From a virus (taxonomy: Duplodnaviria > Caudoviricetes), in the IMG/VR virus record IMGVR_UViG_3300032280_000753, positions 32,001-96,000 of that record: a DNA stretch of 64,000 nt; one strand, 5' to 3'. How positions within the stretch are numbered: position 1 is the stretch's first letter; each line of letters begins with the position of its first letter. Shown piece after piece: positions 19,693 through 28,851 of this stretch. A model generated the notes under the pieces. It was not told the origin of the DNA. It did no database searches and saw nothing but the letters and a program-made list of their open reading frames with translations. The position numbers and the translations under genes were made by a program.

Positions 19693-20913
19693 TTAAGGAG
19701 TTATATCGCAAGGATCACGAATAATGTCCCTTAAGGCTTCTGCCATTGCAATTGGATCACTCGTTAACTCAAACTCTATTCCACATTCATTATATGTTCT
19801 TGCAACTACAGGATCTACAACATATGCAAATACTTCCCCATGAGTTAATGCAGAACACATATCAGTTTCCGTTATTCTTGGCTCTCTATAACTTTGCCCA
19901 GCTTCATCAGTAAACAATATAATAATCCTTACTGCATTCTCTCTCCATCCAATACGTAATTCATCATCCATCCCTAACATATATACCGCATCATATGAAG
20001 GTTCACTTCCTCCTCCAATACCAAGAAAGCTTGAATTCAATATTGGATTAAATATAGAAAAAGGAACAAGACGAGTAACTACACTAACTTGTCCGTCTAT
20101 GGAACCCGGCACCAATACAAGTCCAAATCGGAATGATGTATCTCCACTAAACGTGCTTGTAAAGGCGTCTGTAGCCCTTTTAACGGCTGCTATTCTTAAT
20201 GCCATACTACCAGACGTATCTATCGCATAAACAACGTCAAAGCCCTCTGAGGGAAATGGAACGCAACCCGTAGAACTTAACACGCCGTCAACACAACCAT
20301 CACAATCATTATCTATGTCGTCACAAGCGTATGTCCCACTCTCTATACGAGGAGGAATAGAACCTATGCATTCATCCCAATAGCCTTCATAACATACTTG
20401 AACACCACGCTCACATGGAGGATTTAATACTTCTGTCGCACCTAAATCTCTATCGTAACACCAACGAGATACTGGACCACGACTATCTCCATCAATCGTT
20501 CCATCACAATCATTATCAAGATTATCACAAACTTCTGGAACACATTCTATACGAGTGCAATGTCCTATAATGCATCCATATCCAGAACTCGGATATCCAC
20601 ATTGATCATCAAACTCACATACCGCACCAGTAACATCGGTTGGTCTACAAACTCCAAAACGACACTCTTCCGTGTTGTAATCACACGCAGGACTATTACC
20701 ACAATTACATTCGTTTAAATTACAACGATCAGTTATAGTAAATGGACAAACGTGGTCGCACCCGCCGCAATTGTTAATGTCGTTATCAATTCCACCATCC
20801 TCACTACATATCGTGCCAGCATCGGGAACATATGTTCCAGCATCCAATACGTCAGTTGTTCTATCGGTACAACCAACAAACAAAACCGCTAAAAATATTA
20901 AAACCTGTCTCAT
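19693..20913 (-). CDS. Cys-rich lipoprotein with putative metal-binding repeats and a C-terminal vWA domain
   Basis: Lipobox LFVGC; DAG repeats; CDNLDNDCDGTID and CDDIDNDCDGCVD; MIDAS DTSGS...FTDE. Confidence 0.85.
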   Translation of the reverse strand: MRQVLIFLAVLFVGCTDRTTDVLDAGTYVPDAGTICSEDGGIDNDINNCGGCDHVCPFTITDRCNLNECNCGNSPACDYNTEECRFGVCRPTDVTGAVCEFDDQCGYPSSGYGCIIGHCTRIECVPEVCDNLDNDCDGTIDGDSRGPVSRWCYDRDLGATEVLNPPCERGVQVCYEGYWDECIGSIPPRIESGTYACDDIDNDCDGCVDGVLSSTGCVPFPSEGFDVVYAIDTSGSMALRIAAVKRATDAFTSTFSGDTSFRFGLVLVPGSIDGQVSVVTRLVPFSIFNPILNSSFLGIGGGSEPSYDAVYMLGMDDELRIGWRENAVRIIILFTDEAGQSYREPRITETDMCSALTHGEVFAYVVDPVVARTYNECGIEFELTSDPIAMAEALRDIIRDPCDITP

Positions 20914-20957
20914 ATCGTTTATAATGAGACAGGTTTCTTTAAATTTATAAGGTATAT

Positions 20958-21620
20958 TCAGCTATTCTTTTCTTCTGCTCGCTTCTGTGCGTTTTCAATA
21001 TGACGCCGAATGTCGTTTACCGCCCACTTAGCGGTGCTAAGATACCGGCGACGACTGTGGTAATAAGGAAATGCACGATCAATGCCGCCCTTCGCCATAA
21101 GGCGAATAGCATTTTCAATATCTTCCTTAAGACGGACAAGTTCCGGTCCAATCTCAAGCATCTGTGACATAATAAGGGCAGTCTTTTGTGCCTTACGTTC
21201 GGCTGCTTGCTCCTTACGAAGCTTCCATGCCTCTGCCCGTTCTGCCTTAACTACCGCACGCTGTTCCGGCGGAAGGGAATTAAAATGCTCACGGCGACCT
21301 CGGTCAAGTCTCTTGCGGCGTGCAAGCCTCCATTCCTCACGGGCTGCAAGTAGCGCCTTATTAAAAGAGGAACCATTGTCGTAATAATTGCTGATTAGAT
21401 TATAACTGACGTTATATAGTGACCAGACGCTATCCTCCTCAAACCAAGTCTGTCCATCATCCACGGAAAGATGAACCTTGGTACGGATATACTGCGGGCC
21501 CGGTACCGTCCACTTTAAACGATAATTGCCATAGACAGTCTCGGTGTCAGGCTCGGATGCAAAAACACGCCAGCCAGTAATAGTATCAAAACGATGATGG
21601 GGAGGATTATACTTGCTCAT
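20958..21620 (-). CDS. Hypothetical early protein
   Basis: 220-aa ORF; TTTATA-17-CATGAT lies 8 nt upstream of ATG. Confidence 0.7.
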   Translation of the reverse strand: MSKYNPPHHRFDTITGWRVFASEPDTETVYGNYRLKWTVPGPQYIRTKVHLSVDDGQTWFEEDSVWSLYNVSYNLISNYYDNGSSFNKALLAAREEWRLARRKRLDRGRREHFNSLPPEQRAVVKAERAEAWKLRKEQAAERKAQKTALIMSQMLEIGPELVRLKEDIENAIRLMAKGGIDRAFPYYHSRRRYLSTAKWAVNDIRRHIENAQKRAEEKNS

Positions 21621-21675
21621 ATGCTTTTATCATGTCACATAAAACAATGAATATAAACTATTAATTTCTCTTATA

Positions 21676-22023
21676 TCATATAGGCTTTAGGAACTCTGCT
21701 TTAATAAGCATCAAACGTTCATCAAGCAAGCAAGGAATGTAGTTTCCATCTGGAACATACTTTCCTTTTATCGTTGCACTAAACCGTTCTAACTCTTTTC
21801 CTTTTATACTTTCTTCAAGTTGCAGAACAACCGAATTAGGCTCGATAAAAGAATATTCTTCTAAATCAGGCTCAATATCTCTTGTGTTAATATCGGATAT
21901 TTCATCGTAACATATGCTCGCCCATTGTCCTTTTTCCGTTTTCTTGACGAGAAAACCATATGGAGCAGCGACATCAAATGGATGAAATCTACCGGTGCGT
22001 CTTATTTTGAATAATTTGCCCAT
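21676..22023 (-). CDS. Hypothetical protein
   Basis: 115-aa ORF filling the gap. Confidence 0.6.
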   Translation of the reverse strand: MGKLFKIRRTGRFHPFDVAAPYGFLVKKTEKGQWASICYDEISDINTRDIEPDLEEYSFIEPNSVVLQLEESIKGKELERFSATIKGKYVPDGNYIPCLLDERLMLIKAEFLKPI

Positions 22024-22082
22024 TGTTTCTTAAATAACAAGGTTCTACAATTAATACTATCAGAATTCAATATTGTTGTATC

Positions 22083-22120
22083 AAAAGAAAAAGGACCGGC
22101 ATTTCTGCCAGTCCCTCTTC
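22083..22120 (-). terminator. Rho-independent terminator after major capsid gene
   Basis: GGGACTGGCA-GAAA-TGCCGGTCCT followed by a T tract. Confidence 0.85.
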
Positions 22121-22139
22121 AGATTATCCTACGTTATTT

Positions 22140-24050
22140 TCAGATAAGATTTAGATCGAGAACTGTAACGGTTCCGTAGAAGTCGTTACGAACCATTCTC
22201 TTGCCGTATCTCGTCATTACGCCCTTACGTGGGGTGAAGTCGTCTTGAGCGTAAATGACTGGCGTGAGGATTAGTGGAACGTATGGTGCGTATATATAAC
22301 CGCTCTCAAGGAACGTATTACCCTTAAGACCAACAAGGATCTTGTTAGCTGGGAAGTATGGATCCTTATAGACTGTGTAACGGTTATTAAGCGTACCAAC
22401 GGCTTCTGCGCCTACGGTCATGCTGTCACGTACTTGACCATCGGAGTCAAGACGGTAAGCTGGCTTGTAGGATACAAGATGCTCAAGGATCGTGCAAACG
22501 TCTGGTGACGTGACAAGGAAGTTTGCAGAACCACGAAGCGTCTTCTTGTAGATCGTGTTAGCAACGTCAGATACTGTCTCGATAAGGGTTTGATACCATT
22601 CTTGAATATTGACGAATGCCATTGGACCTGGGGATAGATTGGAGCTTTGAAGAGCCTCTGCACCCGTGAGCTTATTGACGATCTTGCCTGGAGCTCTGGA
22701 CCAGTAAAGGTTTGCTGCGCCAGCTTGTGTAAGAAGGTCGTTAAGGATTTCACGGTCGATCTCAAGCGTGATCATTTCGGAGAGGATGTTCGTAAGTTCT
22801 ACTTCGATATCGATTGAGTAGAAAGCCGTAAGGTCTTGTGCCATTTCTGGTGACCAACGTGCTCTGAGCTTACGGGTCGTTGCAGTTACTGAGGTTGATT
22901 CGATGCGGATATCAACTTCTGGGATTACTGGAGAAGCTGGGTTAACTCCGAAATCAGACTCGAAGGATGGGATCGTAAGAGTTGCGCCAGTTCCAGCGGA
23001 CGTGTCAAGTTTGTCAGCAAGAGCTGCGGATCCGGAAATTACGTCCGCTGCTGCTGGACCGAGCGTTGGGACGACGCCGCCGTTGCCAAGACGTAGTACG
23101 AATAGTACGTGGGAGCCGTTTAGTGGATCTGGCGTGAATACTTTGTCATTCCAGTTACCACGACGATTAAGCTTACGAAGATTAAGTACGCCGGAACCAC
23201 CTTGATATTGCTCGCCCCAGGCAACTTGGGTACCTGGATTGCCGAAGCCGGTGAGCGTAATTTGTTCAAGTGAATCTAGATCAGCACCCGTGATATTGGA
23301 CGTAATTACTGACGTGCTCATAAATAGGAAGCAGTAATCAAGTACGCCGTCAGTAAGGTCATTTTCAACCTTGCCATCGTAGTTGACATAACGAGCGTTG
23401 AAACCAACGAACTCTGCTGCTGTTGCTACGGTATCTGCTGGCGTCCACGTTGTTCCTGCTGCGCCCCATGCACCGATTGCAAAGTTTGAAGAAGATAGAG
23501 CGACAGAGCTCTTGTGGACTTTGGAGTAACCAGCGCCGACGAGATCATACATACCGCCAGTTGCAAGGGATCCGGAACGGACACCTGCGCCACGTGGGTT
23601 ATTGTATACTGAGGTACCATCAGCGTAAGTTGATGGGGTTCCGCCGCCTAGGTTTACGCCTGCGTTGCCACCGACGTTGTTACCATAGGTGTAATCGAGG
23701 TAGAAGAGTAGACCGGCTGGAAGGCTCATTGGCTGAACGGATACGATCTCGTTAGCGATAAGACCAGCGAATACTCTACGAACGATTGGGAATGCAACGT
23801 TGGTGAAACCAACTACTTGACCAGAGGAAGCAAGACCTGCGCCGCCGGTAGAAAGTGAGTTTGCGGTTTCCTTAAGAAGCTCTGCTGCTTGGTTTTCAAG
23901 AAGACGAGCCATATTGTCTTTATTGACGCCCTTAAGTCCTTCAAGAAGACCCGTGGCTTGCCACTTCTTTTGAAGTCTTGGAGCATCGGCTCCAAGTGAA
24001 CGGCGATGAACGCCTTCTGCTAATTGTGATAATGTGAACGAAGATTTCAT
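22140..24050 (-). CDS. Major capsid protein (T4 gp23-like)
   Basis: KW..TGLLEGL...LLENQ; FPIVRRVF...SVQPMSLPAGLLFYLD; TRKLRARWSPE.AQDL; YAPYVPL...FTPRKGVMTRYG; CAGGAG SD. Confidence 0.97.
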   Translation of the reverse strand: MKSSFTLSQLAEGVHRRSLGADAPRLQKKWQATGLLEGLKGVNKDNMARLLENQAAELLKETANSLSTGGAGLASSGQVVGFTNVAFPIVRRVFAGLIANEIVSVQPMSLPAGLLFYLDYTYGNNVGGNAGVNLGGGTPSTYADGTSVYNNPRGAGVRSGSLATGGMYDLVGAGYSKVHKSSVALSSSNFAIGAWGAAGTTWTPADTVATAAEFVGFNARYVNYDGKVENDLTDGVLDYCFLFMSTSVITSNITGADLDSLEQITLTGFGNPGTQVAWGEQYQGGSGVLNLRKLNRRGNWNDKVFTPDPLNGSHVLFVLRLGNGGVVPTLGPAAADVISGSAALADKLDTSAGTGATLTIPSFESDFGVNPASPVIPEVDIRIESTSVTATTRKLRARWSPEMAQDLTAFYSIDIEVELTNILSEMITLEIDREILNDLLTQAGAANLYWSRAPGKIVNKLTGAEALQSSNLSPGPMAFVNIQEWYQTLIETVSDVANTIYKKTLRGSANFLVTSPDVCTILEHLVSYKPAYRLDSDGQVRDSMTVGAEAVGTLNNRYTVYKDPYFPANKILVGLKGNTFLESGYIYAPYVPLILTPVIYAQDDFTPRKGVMTRYGKRMVRNDFYGTVTVLDLNLI

Positions 24051-24089
24051 TTTAATATACTCCTGTATTTTTTTGTTATTCGGCTTTTA

Positions 24090-26183
24090 TCAATCATTAT
24101 TTCTCTTGATGTTAGCTAGGATCTGCCATTTCTCAAACGTTCCGATTACTGGTTCAGAACCATTCGAAGATGCAGCTCTGGTTACGCCTTCATTAAGACG
24201 TGCGCTGCCAGCAGTCGTTGGCTTTGATGCCGAACCAACTACAGGAGCAGTGTGCGCTGCTGCTGCTTCATCAAGCTTTCTTACAATCTTTCCGTAGATA
24301 TCTTTAGCTTCTGCGATTGTTGAAGCACGATCAAGATGTTCTACGATTTGTTGCTTAACCTTACGGCTAAGGTCTTCTCTCACGAGGAACTTGTTTAGAT
24401 AAACAAGCTTGGAGAGGAAAAGGTTTGTTTCTGCCATTTCCTTTTTAAGTGTGGCAGTTTCTGCACGCTTTGCTTCTGCAAGGCGGCGTGACTTAACTTC
24501 ACGTGTGCGGGACTCGAGAAGAGCTTTGCGAACACGACGAGATTCCATCATTGGTGAATGTGGTTTCATTGCCATTTCATCCATCTCTTCTTCGCCACCC
24601 TCTTCATCGGTAAGAAGCATTTCTTCTTCTTCAGAGCCCATGCCTTCATCACCGGCTGCTGACATATCAAGGTCAACTACTTCTTCGTCGTCGCCCATGT
24701 CTTCGTCGCCCATGTCTTCTTCTTCTTCGCCGGAGAACATAAGATCAACTTCAAGATCTTCATCTGCGAGTTGTTCTTCAACTTCATCTGGAAGTTCAAC
24801 AGAAAGAACAAGATCCTCATCCATGCCACCTGGAGCTGCTGCTCCCATCATTTCAAGAAGCTTTTTACGTGCAGCTTCTTTGATTGCGGACTTGGAGGTT
24901 GTCTTCTTAGCAGCGGCTTCCTTACGGATCTTAGCAACTGCTTCTTTAAGAGCTGCTTCGCTGATTTCGAAGTAACCGGAATCGGAAACAGCGGCTGGAA
25001 CTTCGCCAGCTTCTGGTTCTTCGTGGGCATCAAGTTCATCACGGAGAGCTGCTTCTACTTCTTCAAGTAGAGCTTGTTCCCATGGACCTTCTTCTCCATC
25101 AAGACCTTCAAGTTCGTCAGCATCTACTGAGCCTGCTGCTGCGAGCTTTTCTGTGGTCTTTGAACCGCCGCCAAAAAGATCAGCGTGAACGCCAGACGCT
25201 TTCATGGCATGAGCAGTTGCTGCTTTATGTACTGCTACACCGGTTTCACCGGAGCTTTTGCTGTCTTGTGCAAGACGTTCGTTGTCTGCACCTTCGAAAA
25301 GTTTTGCTGCGAATTCTTTAAGAGTTGTCATAGTTGTATCCTTGTCCTTTTGCTTGTTATAACTATTGTTCAAATTTGCTTCTTTCAAGTGTAAGAACAA
25401 AAATTCTAATCTATTTTCGTTCAATTGTGCTTGTTTAGGTGAAATAACCTTGTTCGCAGCAAGACTATCAAGCTGCTCTAATAATGAAAAAAGCTTAGTT
25501 TTGTAGGCATCTTCTGTAAGAGCCGTAACTTTTGTTGTATACATACGGTCAATCTTAACTGCCATTTCAGCAAGTTGACGTTCAAATTGTTTTATTGTTT
25601 TTGCTTCTGCAATTGGTGCTGCTGGTGCAACTTCTTCTTCAGCGGCTGCTCCTGCGGTTTCTGGGGCTGGCGTTGGACCAGCAGTAGCTGGAGCAGCAGC
25701 GGCAGCTTCTGGAGCTGGCATTTCTGCTGGTGGTGTTTCTACTGGGGCGCTCGAGGCTGGCATTTCTGGTGCAGCCTCAATTGCTGGTGTAGTAGTTGCA
25801 ACTTCCATGGATGAAGCCTGCGACATATCAGTTGGATTAACAATGTCGCTACCTTCAGAAGCAAACAAATCATCGAAGCTTAAAGTAATTTTTCCATCTG
25901 TGCCACTTGGCATTGGAACATTAACAACATCAGAACCACCGGCAGGAGTTATAGGCATTTCAGATGGTGCCATAGCATCAGGCATTGCCATTGCTGCATC
26001 AGGTGCAGGAGCTTCTGGTGTCATATCTTCTTGTTCTAATAAGAAAGAGTTTGAAGCTTCCTTAGCAATCATTTGTTTGATATATGGATTAATTCTTTCA
26101 AGAATAGCACTACGAGCATCTTGCTCTGCTATCTCACGAATTTTTGCTGCATCAGCTAATGCTTCTTTATATAAATCACTCAT
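24090..26183 (-). CDS. Prohead scaffold/core protein (gp22-like)
   Basis: Directly upstream of capsid gene; very acidic; LYKEALADAAKIRE and ETNLFLSKLVYLNK; many L-x-E sites. Confidence 0.8.
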   Translation of the reverse strand: MSDLYKEALADAAKIREIAEQDARSAILERINPYIKQMIAKEASNSFLLEQEDMTPEAPAPDAAMAMPDAMAPSEMPITPAGGSDVVNVPMPSGTDGKITLSFDDLFASEGSDIVNPTDMSQASSMEVATTTPAIEAAPEMPASSAPVETPPAEMPAPEAAAAAPATAGPTPAPETAGAAAEEEVAPAAPIAEAKTIKQFERQLAEMAVKIDRMYTTKVTALTEDAYKTKLFSLLEQLDSLAANKVISPKQAQLNENRLEFLFLHLKEANLNNSYNKQKDKDTTMTTLKEFAAKLFEGADNERLAQDSKSSGETGVAVHKAATAHAMKASGVHADLFGGGSKTTEKLAAAGSVDADELEGLDGEEGPWEQALLEEVEAALRDELDAHEEPEAGEVPAAVSDSGYFEISEAALKEAVAKIRKEAAAKKTTSKSAIKEAARKKLLEMMGAAAPGGMDEDLVLSVELPDEVEEQLADEDLEVDLMFSGEEEEDMGDEDMGDDEEVVDLDMSAAGDEGMGSEEEEMLLTDEEGGEEEMDEMAMKPHSPMMESRRVRKALLESRTREVKSRRLAEAKRAETATLKKEMAETNLFLSKLVYLNKFLVREDLSRKVKQQIVEHLDRASTIAEAKDIYGKIVRKLDEAAAAHTAPVVGSASKPTTAGSARLNEGVTRAASSNGSEPVIGTFEKWQILANIKRNND

Positions 26184-26201
26184 TGTTACAATCCTTTATA
26201 A

Positions 26202-26696
26202 TCAGCCTGATGTTCTTGAGCTTTTTCCTACTGGTGGTAAGCTGCCAATTGTTAATTTAGAAACGTTTTTAGATGTGTCACTTGGATTTGCGAGTCCATC
26301 GCCGGAGAATGGCGCACCTGAGCCTTGGGCTTTTGCGGTGGCGGATACGCCAGATGAAGGAATATCTGCTGGGTTTTGACCGCTTGGAGGAGATGCGATA
26401 TTTGGAGCATATGGTGAACCAGGAAGTCCACCACCACCAGTTACTACATCAGCGAGATTTGGAGCGCCAGTATAATTTAAATCAACGGCTCCAAACATAT
26501 GACCTTTATCATCAACTGTGGCATCTGTAACTATATCGATATATTGTTTAGCTACGGTTTCATCATTTATTTCACCAGAATATACTGGAGATCCTGGGAA
26601 GGCATCTTGAAGTGATGAATAATTTGCAGAGCCTAATCCACCATTTCCTCTATTTTTTGGTAGTTCAACTAATATTTGTTTTGGTGCATATGCCAT
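26202..26696 (-). CDS. Gly/Pro/Ser-rich hypothetical virion protein
   Basis: AAGGA SD and TATTTA upstream; within the head module. Confidence 0.65.
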   Translation of the reverse strand: MAYAPKQILVELPKNRGNGGLGSANYSSLQDAFPGSPVYSGEINDETVAKQYIDIVTDATVDDKGHMFGAVDLNYTGAPNLADVVTGGGGLPGSPYAPNIASPPSGQNPADIPSSGVSATAKAQGSGAPFSGDGLANPSDTSKNVSKLTIGSLPPVGKSSRTSG

Positions 26697-26765
26697 AGTT
26701 TGATCCTTTACTAACAACTAAATATGTTGCAAATATAACTTAGTTGCTGGGAAAGAATTAAATAA

Positions 26766-27317
26766 TCATTTTCCGAACGCTAATTTAGCCCAATGACCAA
26801 TATCTCCGGATGGTGCAATAGCTTGTAATTGCTCCGGAGCGATCTTTTCTTGAGCACCTTGCATACCAGCAGCAGCCATGGCACCATAACCACCATTTCT
26901 GGAAGGATCTTGTGCCATTTGTTGTGGAAGAGTATGCATAGCGGTATCAGCTAATATTGCAGCATATGCATTAGCCATTTTATTATCGCCTTTACTCATT
27001 TGATTTGATGCTGCTTCAACCAATTTTTGCATATTTTGGTTCATTGGAGCAGAAGAGATTTGCATATCTGAATTTTCAGAAGAACCAAAACCCATATCAT
27101 CATAGCCTGCAATACGTGCGGCGGCGGCTCTGGTTCTGGCAGCATCAACAGGAGATTTTTGATTAATCATATCACGTGAAGCAACTCTATTTGTAGAAGG
27201 AGCTGTTCTTGTTCCTTCAGACATTACAGCGCCTACTTCGTTGAATGCGCCTTCTTTAATAAGTTCACGAATACAATCTTTAATCATTCCTTTGAAGTCT
27301 GATTTTGTCATCTTCAT
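26766..27317 (-). CDS. Hypothetical head-module protein with leader
   Basis: MKMTKSDFKGMIKDCIRELIKE; overlaps the protease stop codon. Confidence 0.7.
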   Translation of the reverse strand: MKMTKSDFKGMIKDCIRELIKEGAFNEVGAVMSEGTRTAPSTNRVASRDMINQKSPVDAARTRAAAARIAGYDDMGFGSSENSDMQISSAPMNQNMQKLVEAASNQMSKGDNKMANAYAAILADTAMHTLPQQMAQDPSRNGGYGAMAAAGMQGAQEKIAPEQLQAIAPSGDIGHWAKLAFGK

Positions 27318-27919
27318 ACACGACCCTTTTTAATTCCAAGAATATCATTTGCAATGCGATCAAGACGATCACTCTTTGAGAATATCTTATTAAGAATGCG
27401 TGGATCTACTTCTTTTGCCTCACGCATCATGTAAGCACCTGGAGTAGAAGGTTCAGAAACTAAGTCCCAGCAGATAAGATGAAGGTCATCTTGAACGATA
27501 TCTGCATCGCCACGGCTTCTTACAGAACCAAGGGCACGAGATGAAATACCAACTTTAACATTACTTTCAATAAGATTACGAGCGATGTTACCCATTGGAG
27601 TTGGAAGGATTTCAATCTTTCCAAAGATAACTTCATCGTCTGCCCAAATATCTGTAATAAGATGGGAAACGTTTTTAAGATTAACAACTGGATCATCGGC
27701 ATGGTCTAACTCACCCATTGCACGACGTTCCATAACAACCTTCTTATAATTTTCCATTTCTTTAAAAAGGATATCTTTTGGATAGATACGCCCATTTTGA
27801 TTAAGGGTGTCTGCACGTTGAATAACGCCTTTTACGAAGAGCTTACCTGGCTTGCCATCAGATGCATCTTCTTTAATAATTTCGTAGTTGAATTCTTTAA
27901 ATTCTTTTAGGAGTTTCAT
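27314..27919 (-). CDS. Prohead protease (T4 gp21-like)
   Basis: NQNGRIYP, GELDH, VSH, GISSRALGS, WDLVSEPSTPGA. Confidence 0.95.
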   Translation of the reverse strand: MKLLKEFKEFNYEIIKEDASDGKPGKLFVKGVIQRADTLNQNGRIYPKDILFKEMENYKKVVMERRAMGELDHADDPVVNLKNVSHLITDIWADDEVIFGKIEILPTPMGNIARNLIESNVKVGISSRALGSVRSRGDADIVQDDLHLICWDLVSEPSTPGAYMMREAKEVDPRILNKIFSKSDRLDRIANDILGIKKGRV

Positions 27920-28779
27920 GATTTATTCTCCATCTCTTCCTTTAGCTTTGCAATTGACATATAGAATGTAATTGTTTCATCGGTTATGTTGGTTAAATCG
28001 CTACCCTCGAGTAAAGAAACAACTTCTCCTAATTTGCTCTTGATACCTTTATCTAAACCTTCAGTCATAACTGGGGACTTAAGAGCCTTTAAAGTGCGAA
28101 CTTTTATATTCTCAAGTAATGAAACCAACACTTCTTTATTTTCTTTGCTGTTGTGACTTAGCATATAAAGATTAACGATTTCTTTTTGAGCTTCATTTAA
28201 TAGCCCGTTATATTTGGCATTAAATTTCTCTGTCATAAGTTTAACAACAAGACTATTGACTTCTGAAGTGGTTACGTCTGATGCATCAAGTTCTGGTTTA
28301 GCCTTTGGAGACAATATATGTTCAAGTATCATTTCTTCAAGTTGAGCCATTTCAGAGATGGAACCTTTAAATCCAGTTCCTCTCCATGCATTCATTAATA
28401 CTTGAACAGAAGCAAATGATTTATATTCTGGAACTGCACGATCAAAGAAACTTTTATCTCCAAGAACAGAACTTACTTCATTAATAAGAGAAGCTTTTTC
28501 TTCATCAAGTTTAAGTTGAGATTGTTTTCTGCAAACGACTTTTGCTTTTTCTAACATTGAAAAAGCAATGTCTTTAGATTTAAGACTGCTCTCATGCAAT
28601 GCATTGAATATTTGCAATTCCGTGTATGTTGCGGATTTTGGATGAACATGTTTTTCCCAAAGCTGACGAGCCTTAGTAATGTCATCGTGTCGTTCATCAA
28701 TAAATGCTTCTGCAATATAACGTGAAAAGAATTCACTAATCAAACCAATGTTACGTTTTTTGTTATGTTTAAATTCCAT
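27916..28779 (-). CDS. Hypothetical head-module protein
   Basis: KHNKKRNIGL N-terminus; between portal and protease. Confidence 0.75.
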   Translation of the reverse strand: MEFKHNKKRNIGLISEFFSRYIAEAFIDERHDDITKARQLWEKHVHPKSATYTELQIFNALHESSLKSKDIAFSMLEKAKVVCRKQSQLKLDEEKASLINEVSSVLGDKSFFDRAVPEYKSFASVQVLMNAWRGTGFKGSISEMAQLEEMILEHILSPKAKPELDASDVTTSEVNSLVVKLMTEKFNAKYNGLLNEAQKEIVNLYMLSHNSKENKEVLVSLLENIKVRTLKALKSPVMTEGLDKGIKSKLGEVVSLLEGSDLTNITDETITFYMSIAKLKEEMENKS

Positions 28780-28851
28780 CTCAAATTACCCATTCTCTTA
28801 TAGGTCAATTCCTGATATAAATAGGGAAGAACTATAGTAAAAATTAAATGA

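Noticed and set aside
24409-26379. Ser-rich + strand ORFs opposite the scaffold gene, and similar short antisense ORFs throughout
   Set aside because: Mirror translations of Glu/Ala-rich minus-strand genes.
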